Source of the DNA: Nitrospirota bacterium
GTDB taxonomy: Bacteria; Nitrospirota; Thermodesulfovibrionia; Thermodesulfovibrionales; SM23-35
Reading direction: 5' to 3'
Length of the DNA: 64,000 nt
Assembly: GCA_040753615.1 (NCBI GenBank)
Contig: JBFMDO010000014.1
Span: 2,456 to 66,455 of the forward strand
This document shows, in pieces, positions 1 to 10,893 of this stretch; the stretch's first letter is position 1; each line of letters opens with the position of its first letter. Below the pieces are notes generated by a model. It was given only the letters and a program-made list of their open reading frames with translations. It was not told where the DNA came from and ran no database searches. The translations under genes and the position numbers were made by a program.

Positions 1-267
1 TTTAAGATTTTAAACAAATTTGCCTGACACAGATTATTTATGGAATGTAAAACTCTTTCGCTACAATAGAGTAAAATTCAAATTTAAGTATCAAAGAAGA
101 CCGCAAATAAGAAATAAATTCACCCCACAAACACACACATTTTTTGGCTTGAGGAAGAAATTCCACATTTTCTTTATCGCGGTCTTCTAATAATTATAAA
201 TATTATAAATTTTATCCTGTAGGAAAATTCAAGTAAAATTTACAACTTATTGAAAAATAAGGAATTT

Positions 268-1158
268 TTATGTATAAACTACCTCTGACTGCTGGCTTAT
301 TTCTGAAACAAGCTCCCAGCAGTCAGGGCGGGAAAATAATTTTTTAAGAAATTTTATATTTCCAGTATGTCCTGACTTGCTCGCTATAATATGACCATAA
401 ATCGGGAATCCTGCTAAACATAAATCTCCTATCAGATCAAGTATTTTATGCCTAACAAATTCATCTTTGAATCTTAAGCCAGAAGAATTCAATATGCCGT
501 TTTCTCCAACTATTACAGCATTATCAAAAGAGCCGCCTTTTGCAAACCCATTTGATTTCAGATATTCAACATCCTTCAGGAATCCAAAGGTTCTTGCCGG
601 CGCTATTTCCACAAGAAAGTTTCTCTCGTTGAACTCCATACTCATCTCTTGCTCCCCGATCAGATGGTGGTTGAAATGCATTCTGTAAGTTAGATATTTC
701 CCTTCATGAGGCAAGACAGCAATCTCTGTCTGGCCGTCTTCAAAAACTAACGGATTCAGTATCCTTAGATAAGTTCTTTTTTTGCCCTGCTTTGCAATCC
801 CACCTTTAATAAGCACGTCTGTCAGCTCTATCGAGCTTCCATCGAGGATGGGTATCTCAGGACCAGTTACCTCTATGATTAGATTGTCTATTCCAAGTCC
901 AGAAATAGCAGCAAGGAGATGTTCAACGGTCTTTATCTTTGCGCCATTACTGCCGAGTGTAGTTGAGAAGGCAGTATCTGTAACAAAATCTACAGATGCC
1001 CTCATTGCCACATCTTTATCTGTTCTGATGAAAATTATGCCTGTGTCTCGCGGGGCTGGTTTAATGTAAACCTTCGAATATCTTCCTGTATGAAGTCCAA
1101 TACCCTCAAAACTTACTTCCTGCTTTAATGTCCTTTGTAAACGCATTTCTATCTCCAT
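268..1158 (-). CDS. lpxC: UDP-3-O-acyl-N-acetylglucosamine deacetylase (LpxC)
   Basis: 296-aa ORF. It has the N-terminal QRTLKQEVSFEGIGLHTG and the C-terminal FVRHKILDLIGDL and SGHTGN motifs typical of LpxC. Confidence 0.92.
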   Translation of the reverse strand: MEIEMRLQRTLKQEVSFEGIGLHTGRYSKVYIKPAPRDTGIIFIRTDKDVAMRASVDFVTDTAFSTTLGSNGAKIKTVEHLLAAISGLGIDNLIIEVTGPEIPILDGSSIELTDVLIKGGIAKQGKKRTYLRILNPLVFEDGQTEIAVLPHEGKYLTYRMHFNHHLIGEQEMSMEFNERNFLVEIAPARTFGFLKDVEYLKSNGFAKGGSFDNAVIVGENGILNSSGLRFKDEFVRHKILDLIGDLCLAGFPIYGHIIASKSGHTGNIKFLKKLFSRPDCWELVSEISQQSEVVYT

Positions 1159-1415
1159 AAATCTTAAATAGAAAGCAAATATAATGCCAGATAAAAATCG
1201 AGGTCATGCTACCTTTCTGCGGCTCATAAATTATGTATATTGGCTTAAAATAAAGGTCTTATTTAAAAATCTTTAGTTTCATTTATTTTCAGAGATACAG
1301 ATGTGTTGCAAATTATCAAATAACTGTGCATTATTTAACACACTGCTATGCTTTACCCTATCTGATTATGTTAAAATTTATTTAATAATTCAATACTAAA
1401 AGGAAAAAGTATTTT

Positions 1416-2195
1416 ATGATAGGAATTATAGGAGGAAGTGGGCTTTATGAGATCGAAGGAGTTATTATAGAAAAATTCAAAAATATTTCAACACCTTTTG
1501 GACCCCCCTCTGATTCCTACAGGATTGGCAGGTTTTGTAATATAGAGATTGTATTTCTCCCAAGACATGGTTCCCACCACAAAATTCCGCCACATAAGAT
1601 AAACTATAAGGCAAATATATGGGGGCTTAAAAAGCTTGGTGTCAAGAGGATTGTATCGGTAAACGCTGTAGGTGGCATAAATCAGAAAATAATGACAGGG
1701 GCAATTGTTGTTCCTGATCAAATTATAGATATGACAAAAGGAAGGCATTCAACATTTTACGATATAGATAAAGTTGCACATATAGATTTTACAGAACCCT
1801 ATTGTCCTGAATTAAGAGGCTTTATCTTTAAGGCAGGTAATGAATCAAAAATAAATTTAAAGAAGTCAGGAACTTATGTTTGTGCAGAGGGTCCGAGGCT
1901 TGAGACAAAAGCAGAAATAAAATTTTTTTCTAAGATTGGCGGTGATATTGTAGGGATGACAGCTATGCCAGAGGCTTCTCTTGCGAGAGAAGCAGAGATG
2001 TGTTATGCAGGCATTAGTGTTGTTACTAACTATGCAGCAGGTATAACAGGAAAGAAACTAACAACAACAGAAGTGGTAGAGGTTATGAAAAAAACAACCG
2101 TACAATTAAAAAAACTCTTAAAAGAATTATTTAATATTATACATATCGAAAGGAAATGTGCTTGTAAAGAAGCTCTTAAAGATGCACTAATGTGA
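1416..2195 (+). CDS. mtnP: S-methyl-5'-thioadenosine phosphorylase / purine nucleoside phosphorylase family
   Basis: 259-aa ORF. Motifs MIGIIGGSGLY, FLPRHGSHH and GMTAMPEA match the MTAP/PNP family. A purine-rich run (AAAAGGAAAAAG) lies upstream of the ATG. Confidence 0.85.
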   Translation: MIGIIGGSGLYEIEGVIIEKFKNISTPFGPPSDSYRIGRFCNIEIVFLPRHGSHHKIPPHKINYKANIWGLKKLGVKRIVSVNAVGGINQKIMTGAIVVPDQIIDMTKGRHSTFYDIDKVAHIDFTEPYCPELRGFIFKAGNESKINLKKSGTYVCAEGPRLETKAEIKFFSKIGGDIVGMTAMPEASLAREAEMCYAGISVVTNYAAGITGKKLTTTEVVEVMKKTTVQLKKLLKELFNIIHIERKCACKEALKDALM

Positions 2196-2199
2196 ATTT

Positions 2200-3573
2200 A
2201 TGGAAACTATTCTTGTAGTGGAAGATAAAGAATCAATGGCAGAAATGCTCAAGAGCACCCTCGATGCTGAAGGTTATAATGTGATTTCTGCCAGCGATGG
2301 CATCGAGGGTATAAATTATCTTAAAGAGCACAAAGTAGATATTGTCCTGACAGACCTTAAACTTCCAAGGAAAGACGGTATGGAGGTCCTCAGGGCATCA
2401 AAGGAAGAGAATCATTTAATCCCTGTGATTGTAATGACAGCATTTGGTTCTATTGAAATAGCTGTAACAGCTATGAAACAAGGAGCCTTTGATTTTATAA
2501 CAAAGCCTTTTGATACAGATCATCTGCTTATGCTGATAAAGAGGGCGATTGAGACTCAGCGCCTCCTTACAGAAAATATACTCCTGAAAGAAGAATTTGT
2601 ATCAAAATTAGGAATTCCGACGATTATTGGTAAAAGTGATAAACTTGCAAATGTGGCACAGATAGTACAAAAAGTTGCTCCTGCAAAAACAACGGTCATC
2701 TTGCTCGGTGAAAGCGGTACAGGGAAAGAGCTTTTTGCGAGGGCAATACATAACATTAGTAACAGAAAAGATTATCCATTTGTTCCAATCAATTGCGCAG
2801 CTATACCGAGGGATCTTCTTGAATCAGAGCTTTTTGGTCATGAAAAAGGTTCATTTACAGGGGCAGATTCAAAGAAGCTTGGAAAATTTGAGCTTGCTAA
2901 TAAAGGCACTATATTTCTCGACGAAGTTGGTGACATGGATATTACAATACAACCAAAACTCCTCAGGGCCATTGAAACAGGAGAAATTGAAAGGATAGGA
3001 GTTGGTAAGTCTATCAAGGTTGATGTGAGAATCGTTGCAGCAAGCAATAAGGATCTTGAAAAAGCGGTTGAAGAGAAAAAATTCAGGGACGACCTTTATT
3101 ACAGATTAAATGTATTTCCAATAAGTATTCCCCCTTTAAGAGAAAGGAAAGAGGATATCCCTCTGCTTGTTGAATATTTTATAAATAAGTACTGCCTTGA
3201 GATAAAAACTCCTGTAAAGAGCATTTCAGATGAGGCGCTTGATATACTTACTAATCATTACTGGAAAGGTAATGTCAGGGAACTTGAGAATGCTATAGAG
3301 AGGGCGGTAATTCTTTGTGAAGGAGATGTGATTACCCCCGAACAATTTATGTTTAATAAACAGCCTCTCGCAGAACCATCCAAAGAAGAAGCTCATATGA
3401 TTGATGGGAGTCTCGAATTTGTTGCAAAGGAGGCAACTAAAGCTGTAGAGACGCAAAGAATTATTGAGGTTCTGAAAGAGACTAAAGGTAATAAAAGCAG
3501 GGCAGCAGAAATACTCAAGGTTAGCTATAAAACACTTCTCACAAAGATTAAAGAATATGGAATCGAGGCTTGA
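2200..3573 (+). CDS. Sigma-54-dependent response regulator (NtrC family)
   Basis: 457 aa with three parts: a receiver domain (VLTDLKLP), an AAA+ sigma-54 activator core (GESGTGKE, ESELFGHEKGSFTGA) and a C-terminal Fis-type HTH (NKSRAAEILKVSYKTL). Confidence 0.9.
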   Translation: METILVVEDKESMAEMLKSTLDAEGYNVISASDGIEGINYLKEHKVDIVLTDLKLPRKDGMEVLRASKEENHLIPVIVMTAFGSIEIAVTAMKQGAFDFITKPFDTDHLLMLIKRAIETQRLLTENILLKEEFVSKLGIPTIIGKSDKLANVAQIVQKVAPAKTTVILLGESGTGKELFARAIHNISNRKDYPFVPINCAAIPRDLLESELFGHEKGSFTGADSKKLGKFELANKGTIFLDEVGDMDITIQPKLLRAIETGEIERIGVGKSIKVDVRIVAASNKDLEKAVEEKKFRDDLYYRLNVFPISIPPLRERKEDIPLLVEYFINKYCLEIKTPVKSISDEALDILTNHYWKGNVRELENAIERAVILCEGDVITPEQFMFNKQPLAEPSKEEAHMIDGSLEFVAKEATKAVETQRIIEVLKETKGNKSRAAEILKVSYKTLLTKIKEYGIEA

Positions 3574-3671
3574 CAGTATAATTCCTCTGGAATTATCATA
3601 AAAACATATGTCTTGCATTGTTGTTTCAGTGTTTTATCAAATTCATTTTTTTCTAAAGTAGGGGGGATTGT

Positions 3672-4427
3672 TTGTCAGGGCATTCTAAGTGGGCTCAAAT
3701 AAAGCATAAAAAAGCCCAGGTTGATGCAAAAAGAGGGAAAATCTTTACCAAGATTATCAAAGAGATTACTGTTGCTGCCCGTATCGGTGGCGGGGATCCT
3801 TCTGGAAATCCAAGGCTGAGGACCGCTGTAGAAAAAGCAAAAGAAGTAAACATGCCGCAGGATAATATTAAGAGGGCAATTATGAAGGGTACAGGGGAAC
3901 TTCCAGGTGTCTCCTTTGAAGAAGCATTATATGAGGGGTACGGTCCCGGTGGCGTTGCTATTCTTTTAGAAGTGCTTACAGATAACAAAAACAGGACAAC
4001 AGGCGAGATAAGGCACATATTGACAAAACATGGTGGCAATATGGGTGAGGCGGGGTGTGTATCATGGATGTTCGCAAAAAAAGGATATATTATTGTTGAG
4101 AAATCCAAGATTGATGAAGATAAATTAATGTCAGCAGCCCTTGAGGCCGGGGCCGAAGACATGAAAAATGACCCCAAAGAAGACAATTATGAGATTATTA
4201 CAATTCCTGAAGACATGGGGAGGGTAAAATCTTCTCTGGAGGCAACAGGGATCCCTATCTCACTTGCAGAAATAACAATGTTGCCCAAGAATTATATTAC
4301 ACTTGATGAAAAAGCCTCTGAACAGATGATGAAGCTTATAGAAGCACTTGAAGATAATGATGATGTGCAGAATGTTTATAGTAATTTTGATATTTCTGAC
4401 GAGGTAATTACTAAGGTTGTCAAATAA
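3672..4427 (+). CDS. yebC: YebC/PmpR family DNA-binding regulator
   Basis: 251 aa. The N-terminus (M)[13 protein letters not shown] is diagnostic. It uses a TTG start preceded by GGGGGGA. Confidence 0.92.
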   Translation: MSGHSKWAQIKHKKAQVDAKRGKIFTKIIKEITVAARIGGGDPSGNPRLRTAVEKAKEVNMPQDNIKRAIMKGTGELPGVSFEEALYEGYGPGGVAILLEVLTDNKNRTTGEIRHILTKHGGNMGEAGCVSWMFAKKGYIIVEKSKIDEDKLMSAALEAGAEDMKNDPKEDNYEIITIPEDMGRVKSSLEATGIPISLAEITMLPKNYITLDEKASEQMMKLIEALEDNDDVQNVYSNFDISDEVITKVVK

Positions 4428-4428
4428 T

Positions 4429-5046
4429 ATGAATTCCATTCGTGCTACCTTTAAGAGGAGATTCCTTGCAGGCATTATTGTTCTGATTCCCATAACTTTA
4501 ACCGTTCTAATAATCAAATGGTTATTCACTATTGTTGATAGTCTTCTTGAGCCGTTATATCAGAACATACTCGGCTATCATGTTCCTGGTATCGGTTTTG
4601 TTTCAACGATAATACTTATATTCATTATAGGTTTCATCTCGACAAATGTCTTCGGCAAAAAGGTTATCCAGTATTTTGAGAAAATTATGCTTAAGATACC
4701 TGTATTTAAAAGCATATACGTATCAATTAAACAGCTCGTTGATGCTTTTTCTCCTGAGAGTAAAAGTTCATCATTTAAAAAATTTGTTATTGTTGAATAT
4801 CCAAGGACTGGTGTTTTTGCCTTTGGGTTTCTTACAAAAGAATGCGCCCTCAAGAAAGAAAAAGATGGCAGCGAGTCCTGTATGAAGATTGTTTATATCC
4901 CAACTAATCTTATTTATTTCGGTGAAATAGCTATTTTCCGAAGTGAGGAAGTATATGCCACGCATATCCCTGTAGAGGAGGGAATAAAAATCATACTTTC
5001 AGGTGGCATCGCAGCCCCTCCCATGATACCAGAGACAAAACAATGA
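4429..5046 (+). CDS. DUF502-family membrane protein
   Basis: The ORF track starts at TTG 4417, but ATG 4429 is the more likely start. It has two N-terminal TM helices and FKRRFLAGIIVLIPITLT, typical of DUF502. Confidence 0.7.
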   Translation: MNSIRATFKRRFLAGIIVLIPITLTVLIIKWLFTIVDSLLEPLYQNILGYHVPGIGFVSTIILIFIIGFISTNVFGKKVIQYFEKIMLKIPVFKSIYVSIKQLVDAFSPESKSSSFKKFVIVEYPRTGVFAFGFLTKECALKKEKDGSESCMKIVYIPTNLIYFGEIAIFRSEEVYATHIPVEEGIKIILSGGIAAPPMIPETKQ

Positions 5047-6422
5047 AAATAGCAGGTGTGGTTTTAGCTGCAGGCTTAGGGAAAAGAATGAATTCGTCTT
5101 TGCCAAAGGTTCTTCACAAGTTGCATGGAAATACAATGCTTCAACATGTTTTAGACGTTCTTTATAAAATTAGCCCCCAAAAGATTATTGTTGTTGTGGG
5201 GAAATTTTTTGATGAAATAAGAGGATCTATAAAAGATATTAGTTCAATATCTTTTGCGCACCAGAAAGAGGCAAAAGGGACAGGTGATGCACTCTTGAAG
5301 GCTTCAGAATATCTCAAAGGATTTAAAGGGACGATTATTGTTGTTAACGGAGATATGCCATTAATTACGAGCAAGACCATCGAGAAATTTTTAAACATTC
5401 ATACCCGGAAGAAAAATATTATTTCCGTGCTTTCATTTAAAACAGAGAATCCCCGTTCATATGGCAGGATCGTAAGGGATGAAGCGGGTTACATGATATC
5501 AATAATTGAAGACAGGGATGCAACAAATTCTCAGAAGAATATAAAGGAGGTAAATAGTGGTGTCTATGCAATTGAGTCAGAAGCGATTCCTCTTTTAAAA
5601 GAGATAAAAATTAATAAATTGAAAGGTGAATACTACTTAACGGATATAGTTCATATTGCAAGGAATAAAGGCATGAAGGTAGATAGTTATTGCATCGGCT
5701 TTGAGGATGAATTTATGGGAATAAATACCAATGAAGAGCTTGAAAGGGCAAGACAATTGATGAAGGACAGGATAATAAAGAATCTGGTAAATAGCGGCGT
5801 GAACTTTATAGATACCACCTCGGTATTTATATCCTCATATGTCAGGATAGGCAGAGATACCACGATCTATCCGAATGTCCATCTTGAAGATAATACAAAG
5901 ATAGGAAAAGGCTGTACGATATTCCCGAATGTCAGGATTGTTAACAGCATTATAGAAGATGGTGCTATTGTTAAGGATTCAACCCTCATTGAAGATTCTA
6001 TAGTGAAAAAAAATGCATCTGTGGGGCCTTTTGCTCATTTAAGACCTGGCTCTGAGATTGGCGCAAAGGCAAAGATAGGCAATTTTGTAGAGGTTAAGAA
6101 ATCAGTGATTGGTTCTGGCACAAAGGCATCCCATCTTACTTATATTGGAGATGCAAAGATAGGGAAGGATGTCAATATAGGCGCTGGTACAATAACCTGC
6201 AATTATGATGGATACAAAAAAAATATTACGACCATTGAAGACAAGGTTTTTATAGGAAGTGACTCCCAACTTATCGCGCCTGTTAAGATAGGCAAGGGGG
6301 CTTATATTGGCGCTGGATCCACGATAACAAAAGATGTTCCTTCAAATGTCCTTGCATTAAGCAGGGCAAGACAGAAACATATCAAAGGGTGGGCAAAAAT
6401 AAAGTCAAAAGGTAAAAGATAA
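5043..6422 (+). CDS. glmU: Bifunctional GlcNAc-1-P uridyltransferase / GlcN-1-P acetyltransferase (GlmU)
   Basis: 459 aa. It has the N-terminal VVLAAGLGKRM nucleotidyltransferase motif and C-terminal hexapeptide (left-handed beta-helix) repeats. It overlaps the upstream gene by 4 bp. Confidence 0.93.
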   Translation: MKIAGVVLAAGLGKRMNSSLPKVLHKLHGNTMLQHVLDVLYKISPQKIIVVVGKFFDEIRGSIKDISSISFAHQKEAKGTGDALLKASEYLKGFKGTIIVVNGDMPLITSKTIEKFLNIHTRKKNIISVLSFKTENPRSYGRIVRDEAGYMISIIEDRDATNSQKNIKEVNSGVYAIESEAIPLLKEIKINKLKGEYYLTDIVHIARNKGMKVDSYCIGFEDEFMGINTNEELERARQLMKDRIIKNLVNSGVNFIDTTSVFISSYVRIGRDTTIYPNVHLEDNTKIGKGCTIFPNVRIVNSIIEDGAIVKDSTLIEDSIVKKNASVGPFAHLRPGSEIGAKAKIGNFVEVKKSVIGSGTKASHLTYIGDAKIGKDVNIGAGTITCNYDGYKKNITTIEDKVFIGSDSQLIAPVKIGKGAYIGAGSTITKDVPSNVLALSRARQKHIKGWAKIKSKGKR

Positions 6423-6427
6423 CTAAT

Positions 6428-8254
6428 ATGTGTGGAATAATCGGATACGTTGGTAGGAAAAATGCGGTATCAGTGGTAATAGAAGGGCTGAAACGACTTG
6501 AATACAGAGGATATGATTCTGCAGGGGTTGCTTTTTTTTCAGATACAGGTATTGAGGTTAGGAGATGTAAGGGAAAGATAAAAGAACTTAATTCCTTACT
6601 CGAAAGTGAAAACCCTTTCAGTAATACTGCAATAGGACATACGAGATGGGCTACTCACGGAAAGCCATCAGAAGAAAATGCGCACCCCCACAGGTCTGAT
6701 GGCATTGTGCTTGTGCATAATGGGATAATAGAAAATTACCTTCCACTTAAAAAGAAATTGACCGAAAAAGGATATCAGTTTACATCAGAAACAGATACAG
6801 AGGTTCTCTGTCATCTTATAGAGGATTATGCAAAAAAATCTCCTCTCGAAGATGCTGTAAGGGAATCGCTGAGAGAAGTTAAAGGCACTTATGCCATTGC
6901 TGTTATCAAGGAAGATGAACCAAATAAGATTGTAGGAGTACGAAAAGATAGTCCCCTCGTTTTAGGCATTGGAGAAGGAGAATTCTTTATTGCCTCAGAT
7001 TTTCCAGCATTTCTGAATTATTCACGTGAGGTAATATTCCTTGATGACGGAGAAATGGCAGTTATAACAGAAGATGGAGTTAAAATAACAGGATTTGACG
7101 GGACACCCGCCCAGAAAGAAATTAAATCTATTACATTTAGTCCCTCGATGGCAGAAAAAGGTGGATATAAACATTTCATGCTGAAGGAAATATACGAACA
7201 ACCGAGGGCTATTGCTGATACATTGAGGGGAAGATTCAATCCTGAATTTGGTGAGGTTAATCTCGAGGAATTCGGTCTTAACAAAGAAAGATTGATATCT
7301 ATTGAAAAGATTTTTATTGTTGCCTGTGGTACGTCTTACCATGCAGGACTTATTGGCAAATATATGATAGAAGGGCTTGCCAGAGTTCCTGTAGAAGTTG
7401 ATATTGCCTCAGAGTTTCGTTATAGGAAGCCAATTATAAAGGACGGGGACCTCATGATAGTCATAACACAATCAGGAGAAACTGCTGATACGATTGCTGC
7501 GCAGAGAGAAGCCAGAAGACTTGGAGCAAATGTCCTCAGCATATGTAATGTCGTGGGAAGCACATCCACAAGAGAAGCAGATGCTGTATTTTATACTCAT
7601 TCAGGTCCTGAAATAGGTGTTGCTTCCACAAAGGCATTTACTACACAGATTATAGGACTCTACCTCTTTGCAATAGCTCTCGGAAAAAGAAGATGCATGA
7701 TTTCAGAAGATATGTCTAAAGATCTTTTGAGAGAATTACTAACCATCCCCAGAATGGTAGAGAAGGCATTATCTACCGATGAAGATGTAAGAATAGTAGC
7801 AAGAGATTTTTTTAGGGCAAGAGGATTTCTTTATCTCGGTAGAGGCATAAATTATCCTGTTGCACTTGAGGGGGCTTTAAAACTTAAAGAAATATCTTAT
7901 ATCCATGCAGAAGGATATCCTGCAGGTGAGATGAAACACGGACCTATTGCACTGATAGATGAGGAACTTCCTGTTATTGTTCTTGTAACAAAAGATAATC
8001 TGCATGAGAAGATAATCTCCAATGTACAGGAAGTAAAGAGCAGAGGGGGAAAGGTTATCTCGATTACAAACGATGCTCAGGATGATGTATGTGGAATTTC
8101 AGATCAATGTATTTTTGTACCGGCTACGAATACATATCTAACAACAATACTAATGTCTATGCCTGTGCAATTGCTTGCTTATCATATCGGGATATTAAGG
8201 GGATGTGATGTAGATCAGCCGAGAAACCTGGCAAAAAGTGTCACTGTTGAATAA
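6428..8254 (+). CDS. glmS: Glutamine--fructose-6-phosphate aminotransferase (GlmS)
   Basis: 608 aa. It has an MCGIIGY N-terminal catalytic Cys, two SIS domains and the C-terminal AKSVTVE. Confidence 0.95.
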   Translation: MCGIIGYVGRKNAVSVVIEGLKRLEYRGYDSAGVAFFSDTGIEVRRCKGKIKELNSLLESENPFSNTAIGHTRWATHGKPSEENAHPHRSDGIVLVHNGIIENYLPLKKKLTEKGYQFTSETDTEVLCHLIEDYAKKSPLEDAVRESLREVKGTYAIAVIKEDEPNKIVGVRKDSPLVLGIGEGEFFIASDFPAFLNYSREVIFLDDGEMAVITEDGVKITGFDGTPAQKEIKSITFSPSMAEKGGYKHFMLKEIYEQPRAIADTLRGRFNPEFGEVNLEEFGLNKERLISIEKIFIVACGTSYHAGLIGKYMIEGLARVPVEVDIASEFRYRKPIIKDGDLMIVITQSGETADTIAAQREARRLGANVLSICNVVGSTSTREADAVFYTHSGPEIGVASTKAFTTQIIGLYLFAIALGKRRCMISEDMSKDLLRELLTIPRMVEKALSTDEDVRIVARDFFRARGFLYLGRGINYPVALEGALKLKEISYIHAEGYPAGEMKHGPIALIDEELPVIVLVTKDNLHEKIISNVQEVKSRGGKVISITNDAQDDVCGISDQCIFVPATNTYLTTILMSMPVQLLAYHIGILRGCDVDQPRNLAKSVTVE

Positions 8255-8360
8255 TAATTCCTGAAATAAATTCAGGACAAGTCAGATTTTCTCGGTTTCA
8301 TTAGAGTTAAAATTAGTAGATTTAAAAAGTAAAAACCTGTTAAAATGTAAAGGAGTCCCA

Positions 8361-10457
8361 ATGGAAGATTTAAATCCCCAGCAAAAAGAAGCCCTTGACT
8401 TTACGGAGGGTCCTCTTCTTGTTTTGGCAGGAGCAGGAAGTGGAAAGACAAGAGTCATAGCCCACAAATTTTCGCATCTCGTAAAATCAAAAAAATGTTA
8501 TCCTGATTCCATATTAACCCTTACATTTACCAATAAAGCGGCTGATGAGATGCGGGAGAGGATAAGCAGTTTAATCGGTAAAAATTGCGATAGCCATTGG
8601 ATAGGCACATTCCATTCGCAGTGTAGCAGGGTGCTGAGAAAAGAGATAAATGCTCTGGTGGGTTATGATAATAAATTTTCGATCATGGACGAAGACGGCC
8701 AGTGTGCTCTTATAAGACATATCTTAAAAGAATTCAAGATGCATGAAGTAATTTACAAAGGGTTCGCATCACGTATAAGCTTTTTGAAATCTTCTCTTGT
8801 AAGTCCTGAGAAGTTCCTCTCTTCAGCTAATGGTTTTGGTTTTGACGAGAAACTCGCAAAGGTTTATGTAAGATATCAGGATGAACTCATTAGATCTAAT
8901 GCCCTCGATTTTGATGACCTTATCGTATTAACGATTAAACTATTCGAGAATTATCCCTCCTTACTAAAGAAGTACCAAGATATGTTTTATTACATACTTA
9001 TTGACGAGTTTCAGGATACGAATTTTGCACAGTATTATCTTATTAAACTTATGGGTTCTGGTCATAATAAGGTATGTGCTGTTGGAGATGATGATCAGAG
9101 CATCTATAAGTTCAGAGGAGCTAACATAAATAATATCCTGAATTTCGAGAAAGACTTTTATAGTGCAAAAGTTGTTAAACTTGAACAAAACTATCGTTCG
9201 ACACAGCATATACTAAATGCATCGGATGCAGTTATTTCTAAAATTTCTGCAAGAAAACACAAAAGACTCTGGACAGATAGGGGGTGTGGAGAAAAGGTAC
9301 ACTATTGCTGTTTTAATACCTGCGAAGAAGAAGCCAAACATATTGCAAAGGTTATAAAAGCCCTGTATCTGAAGGGAGAATATAATCACAGGGATTTCGC
9401 AGTGTTTTATCGTATAAATATTCAATCAAAGCATGTAGAAGATGCACTGCTTGAAGAGGGCATACCATATCGTGTTTTTGGAGGCATCAGCTTTTACCAC
9501 AGGAAAGAGATCAAGGACATATTAGCATACGCTCGCCTGTCTCTAAATCACAGAGATAATATCAGCTTTAGGAGGATCATAAACAATCCTACACGGGGAA
9601 TCAGCAACTCCATTCTCTCAAAGATAGAGAATGAGGCAAAAAAGAAAGCTGTACCTTTGTTTGAAGCTGCCAGGATGGCGACGCGTGGGGATGTTTTTGC
9701 CAGTGCTATAAAAGATAAACTCCGCGAGTTTATAAAGATGATCGAAGGTTTTTCCCCTATAAAATACAAAACTGCATCCGAGATGTTTAAAGACATAATT
9801 GATAAATCCGGCTATATAGAAACCATTGAAGAAGAACGGATTAAAAATCTCCTCGAGATTATTTCTTCTGCAGAAGGCAAAGGAATAGAGGAGTTTCTTG
9901 ATATGACATCTTTATACACAAATCAGGATGAGATAACACAAGGGAACTATGTCTCACTTATGACACTTCATAGCGCAAAAGGACTTGAGTTTCCGGTAAT
10001 ATTTATAACAGGACTCGAAGAAGGCTTGCTGCCATATTTTAAAGCAATGGAAAACGATGATGATATCGCTGAAGAACGCAGACTGCTCTATGTTGGAATG
10101 ACTAGGGCAAAGGATATCCTATGGTTAACGAGTGCCAGGAAGAGAAGGCTTTATGCAAAAATAAAAGAACAGGAACCTTCAAGATTTCTAAAGGATATCC
10201 CACGAGACTGTTGCCATTGGATCGAGAAGATAACAGTCCAGCATATTATAGACCTTGTACCTGTAAAAAAGAGGGTTGAGACTAAAAATATCTTTACCCT
10301 GTATACTGCTGGTTGCAAGGTAAAACATCCTACATGGGGAGTGGGTGTGGTTCGTGACTGCTATGGAGATGAAGACAACATTAGGGTAATGGTTAATTTT
10401 CCGAAGTTTGGCATTAAAAAGCTATCCGCCAAATTTGCAAATCTAGAAAAAATCTAA
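8361..10457 (+). CDS. uvrD: ATP-dependent DNA helicase, UvrD/PcrA family
   Basis: 698 aa carrying SF1 helicase motifs: GAGSGKT, DEFQDTN, QNYRST, TLHSAKGLEF and LLYVGMTRAK. Confidence 0.9.
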   Translation: MEDLNPQQKEALDFTEGPLLVLAGAGSGKTRVIAHKFSHLVKSKKCYPDSILTLTFTNKAADEMRERISSLIGKNCDSHWIGTFHSQCSRVLRKEINALVGYDNKFSIMDEDGQCALIRHILKEFKMHEVIYKGFASRISFLKSSLVSPEKFLSSANGFGFDEKLAKVYVRYQDELIRSNALDFDDLIVLTIKLFENYPSLLKKYQDMFYYILIDEFQDTNFAQYYLIKLMGSGHNKVCAVGDDDQSIYKFRGANINNILNFEKDFYSAKVVKLEQNYRSTQHILNASDAVISKISARKHKRLWTDRGCGEKVHYCCFNTCEEEAKHIAKVIKALYLKGEYNHRDFAVFYRINIQSKHVEDALLEEGIPYRVFGGISFYHRKEIKDILAYARLSLNHRDNISFRRIINNPTRGISNSILSKIENEAKKKAVPLFEAARMATRGDVFASAIKDKLREFIKMIEGFSPIKYKTASEMFKDIIDKSGYIETIEEERIKNLLEIISSAEGKGIEEFLDMTSLYTNQDEITQGNYVSLMTLHSAKGLEFPVIFITGLEEGLLPYFKAMENDDDIAEERRLLYVGMTRAKDILWLTSARKRRLYAKIKEQEPSRFLKDIPRDCCHWIEKITVQHIIDLVPVKKRVETKNIFTLYTAGCKVKHPTWGVGVVRDCYGDEDNIRVMVNFPKFGIKKLSAKFANLEKI

Positions 10458-10466
10458 GCTTTTGGA

Positions 10467-10754
10467 ATGAAGATTTCGAGGGAAGATATTGAACATATAG
10501 CCTCGCTTGCAAGGCTTTCTCTCTCTGAAAAAGAGAGGGAATTGTTTGGCTTACAGTTAAGTAAAATTCTTGCCTATATGGAAAAGCTGAATGAACTTGA
10601 TACAAGCGATATCGAACCTACATCGCATGTCCTGTTGTTAAATAATGTAATGCGGGAAGATGAACCAAAGGATTCGATACCGAGAGAAGATGTACTTTCC
10701 AATGCAGCCGATCATACGGAAAAATTTTACCGTGTACCAAAGATAATTGAATAA
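10467..10754 (+). CDS. gatC: Asp/Glu-tRNA amidotransferase subunit C
   Basis: 95 aa. IEHIASLARLSLSEKE...DTSDIEPTSH is the typical GatC pattern. Confidence 0.9.
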   Translation: MKISREDIEHIASLARLSLSEKERELFGLQLSKILAYMEKLNELDTSDIEPTSHVLLLNNVMREDEPKDSIPREDVLSNAADHTEKFYRVPKIIE

Positions 10755-10893
10755 AATAAACACAGGGTTTAAGCAGAATCTGATATGCCTGTTTTATTTC
10801 ACCAAATTACTGACTATAAATAGGATGAAGATACAGAGGGGGACTCATTTGTGATTGACATTATATGGTATATATTGGTATAAATAAAATTCT

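Noticed and set aside
467-1069. ORFs 467..688 and 782..1069 (+) inside lpxC. Many similar 60-160-aa antisense or off-frame ORFs occur throughout, for example 3695..4186, 14629..14985, 21079..21474, 40616..41035 and 60232..60705.
   Set aside because: They lie entirely within, and antisense or out of frame to, long ORFs with clear family motifs. Their composition is low-complexity and they have no SD. They are shadow ORFs typical of AT-rich genomes.
6423-6427. Possible glmS ribozyme upstream of glmS.
   Set aside because: Only 5 nt separate glmU and glmS, so there is no room for the ribozyme of about 170 nt. The genes are simply co-transcribed.
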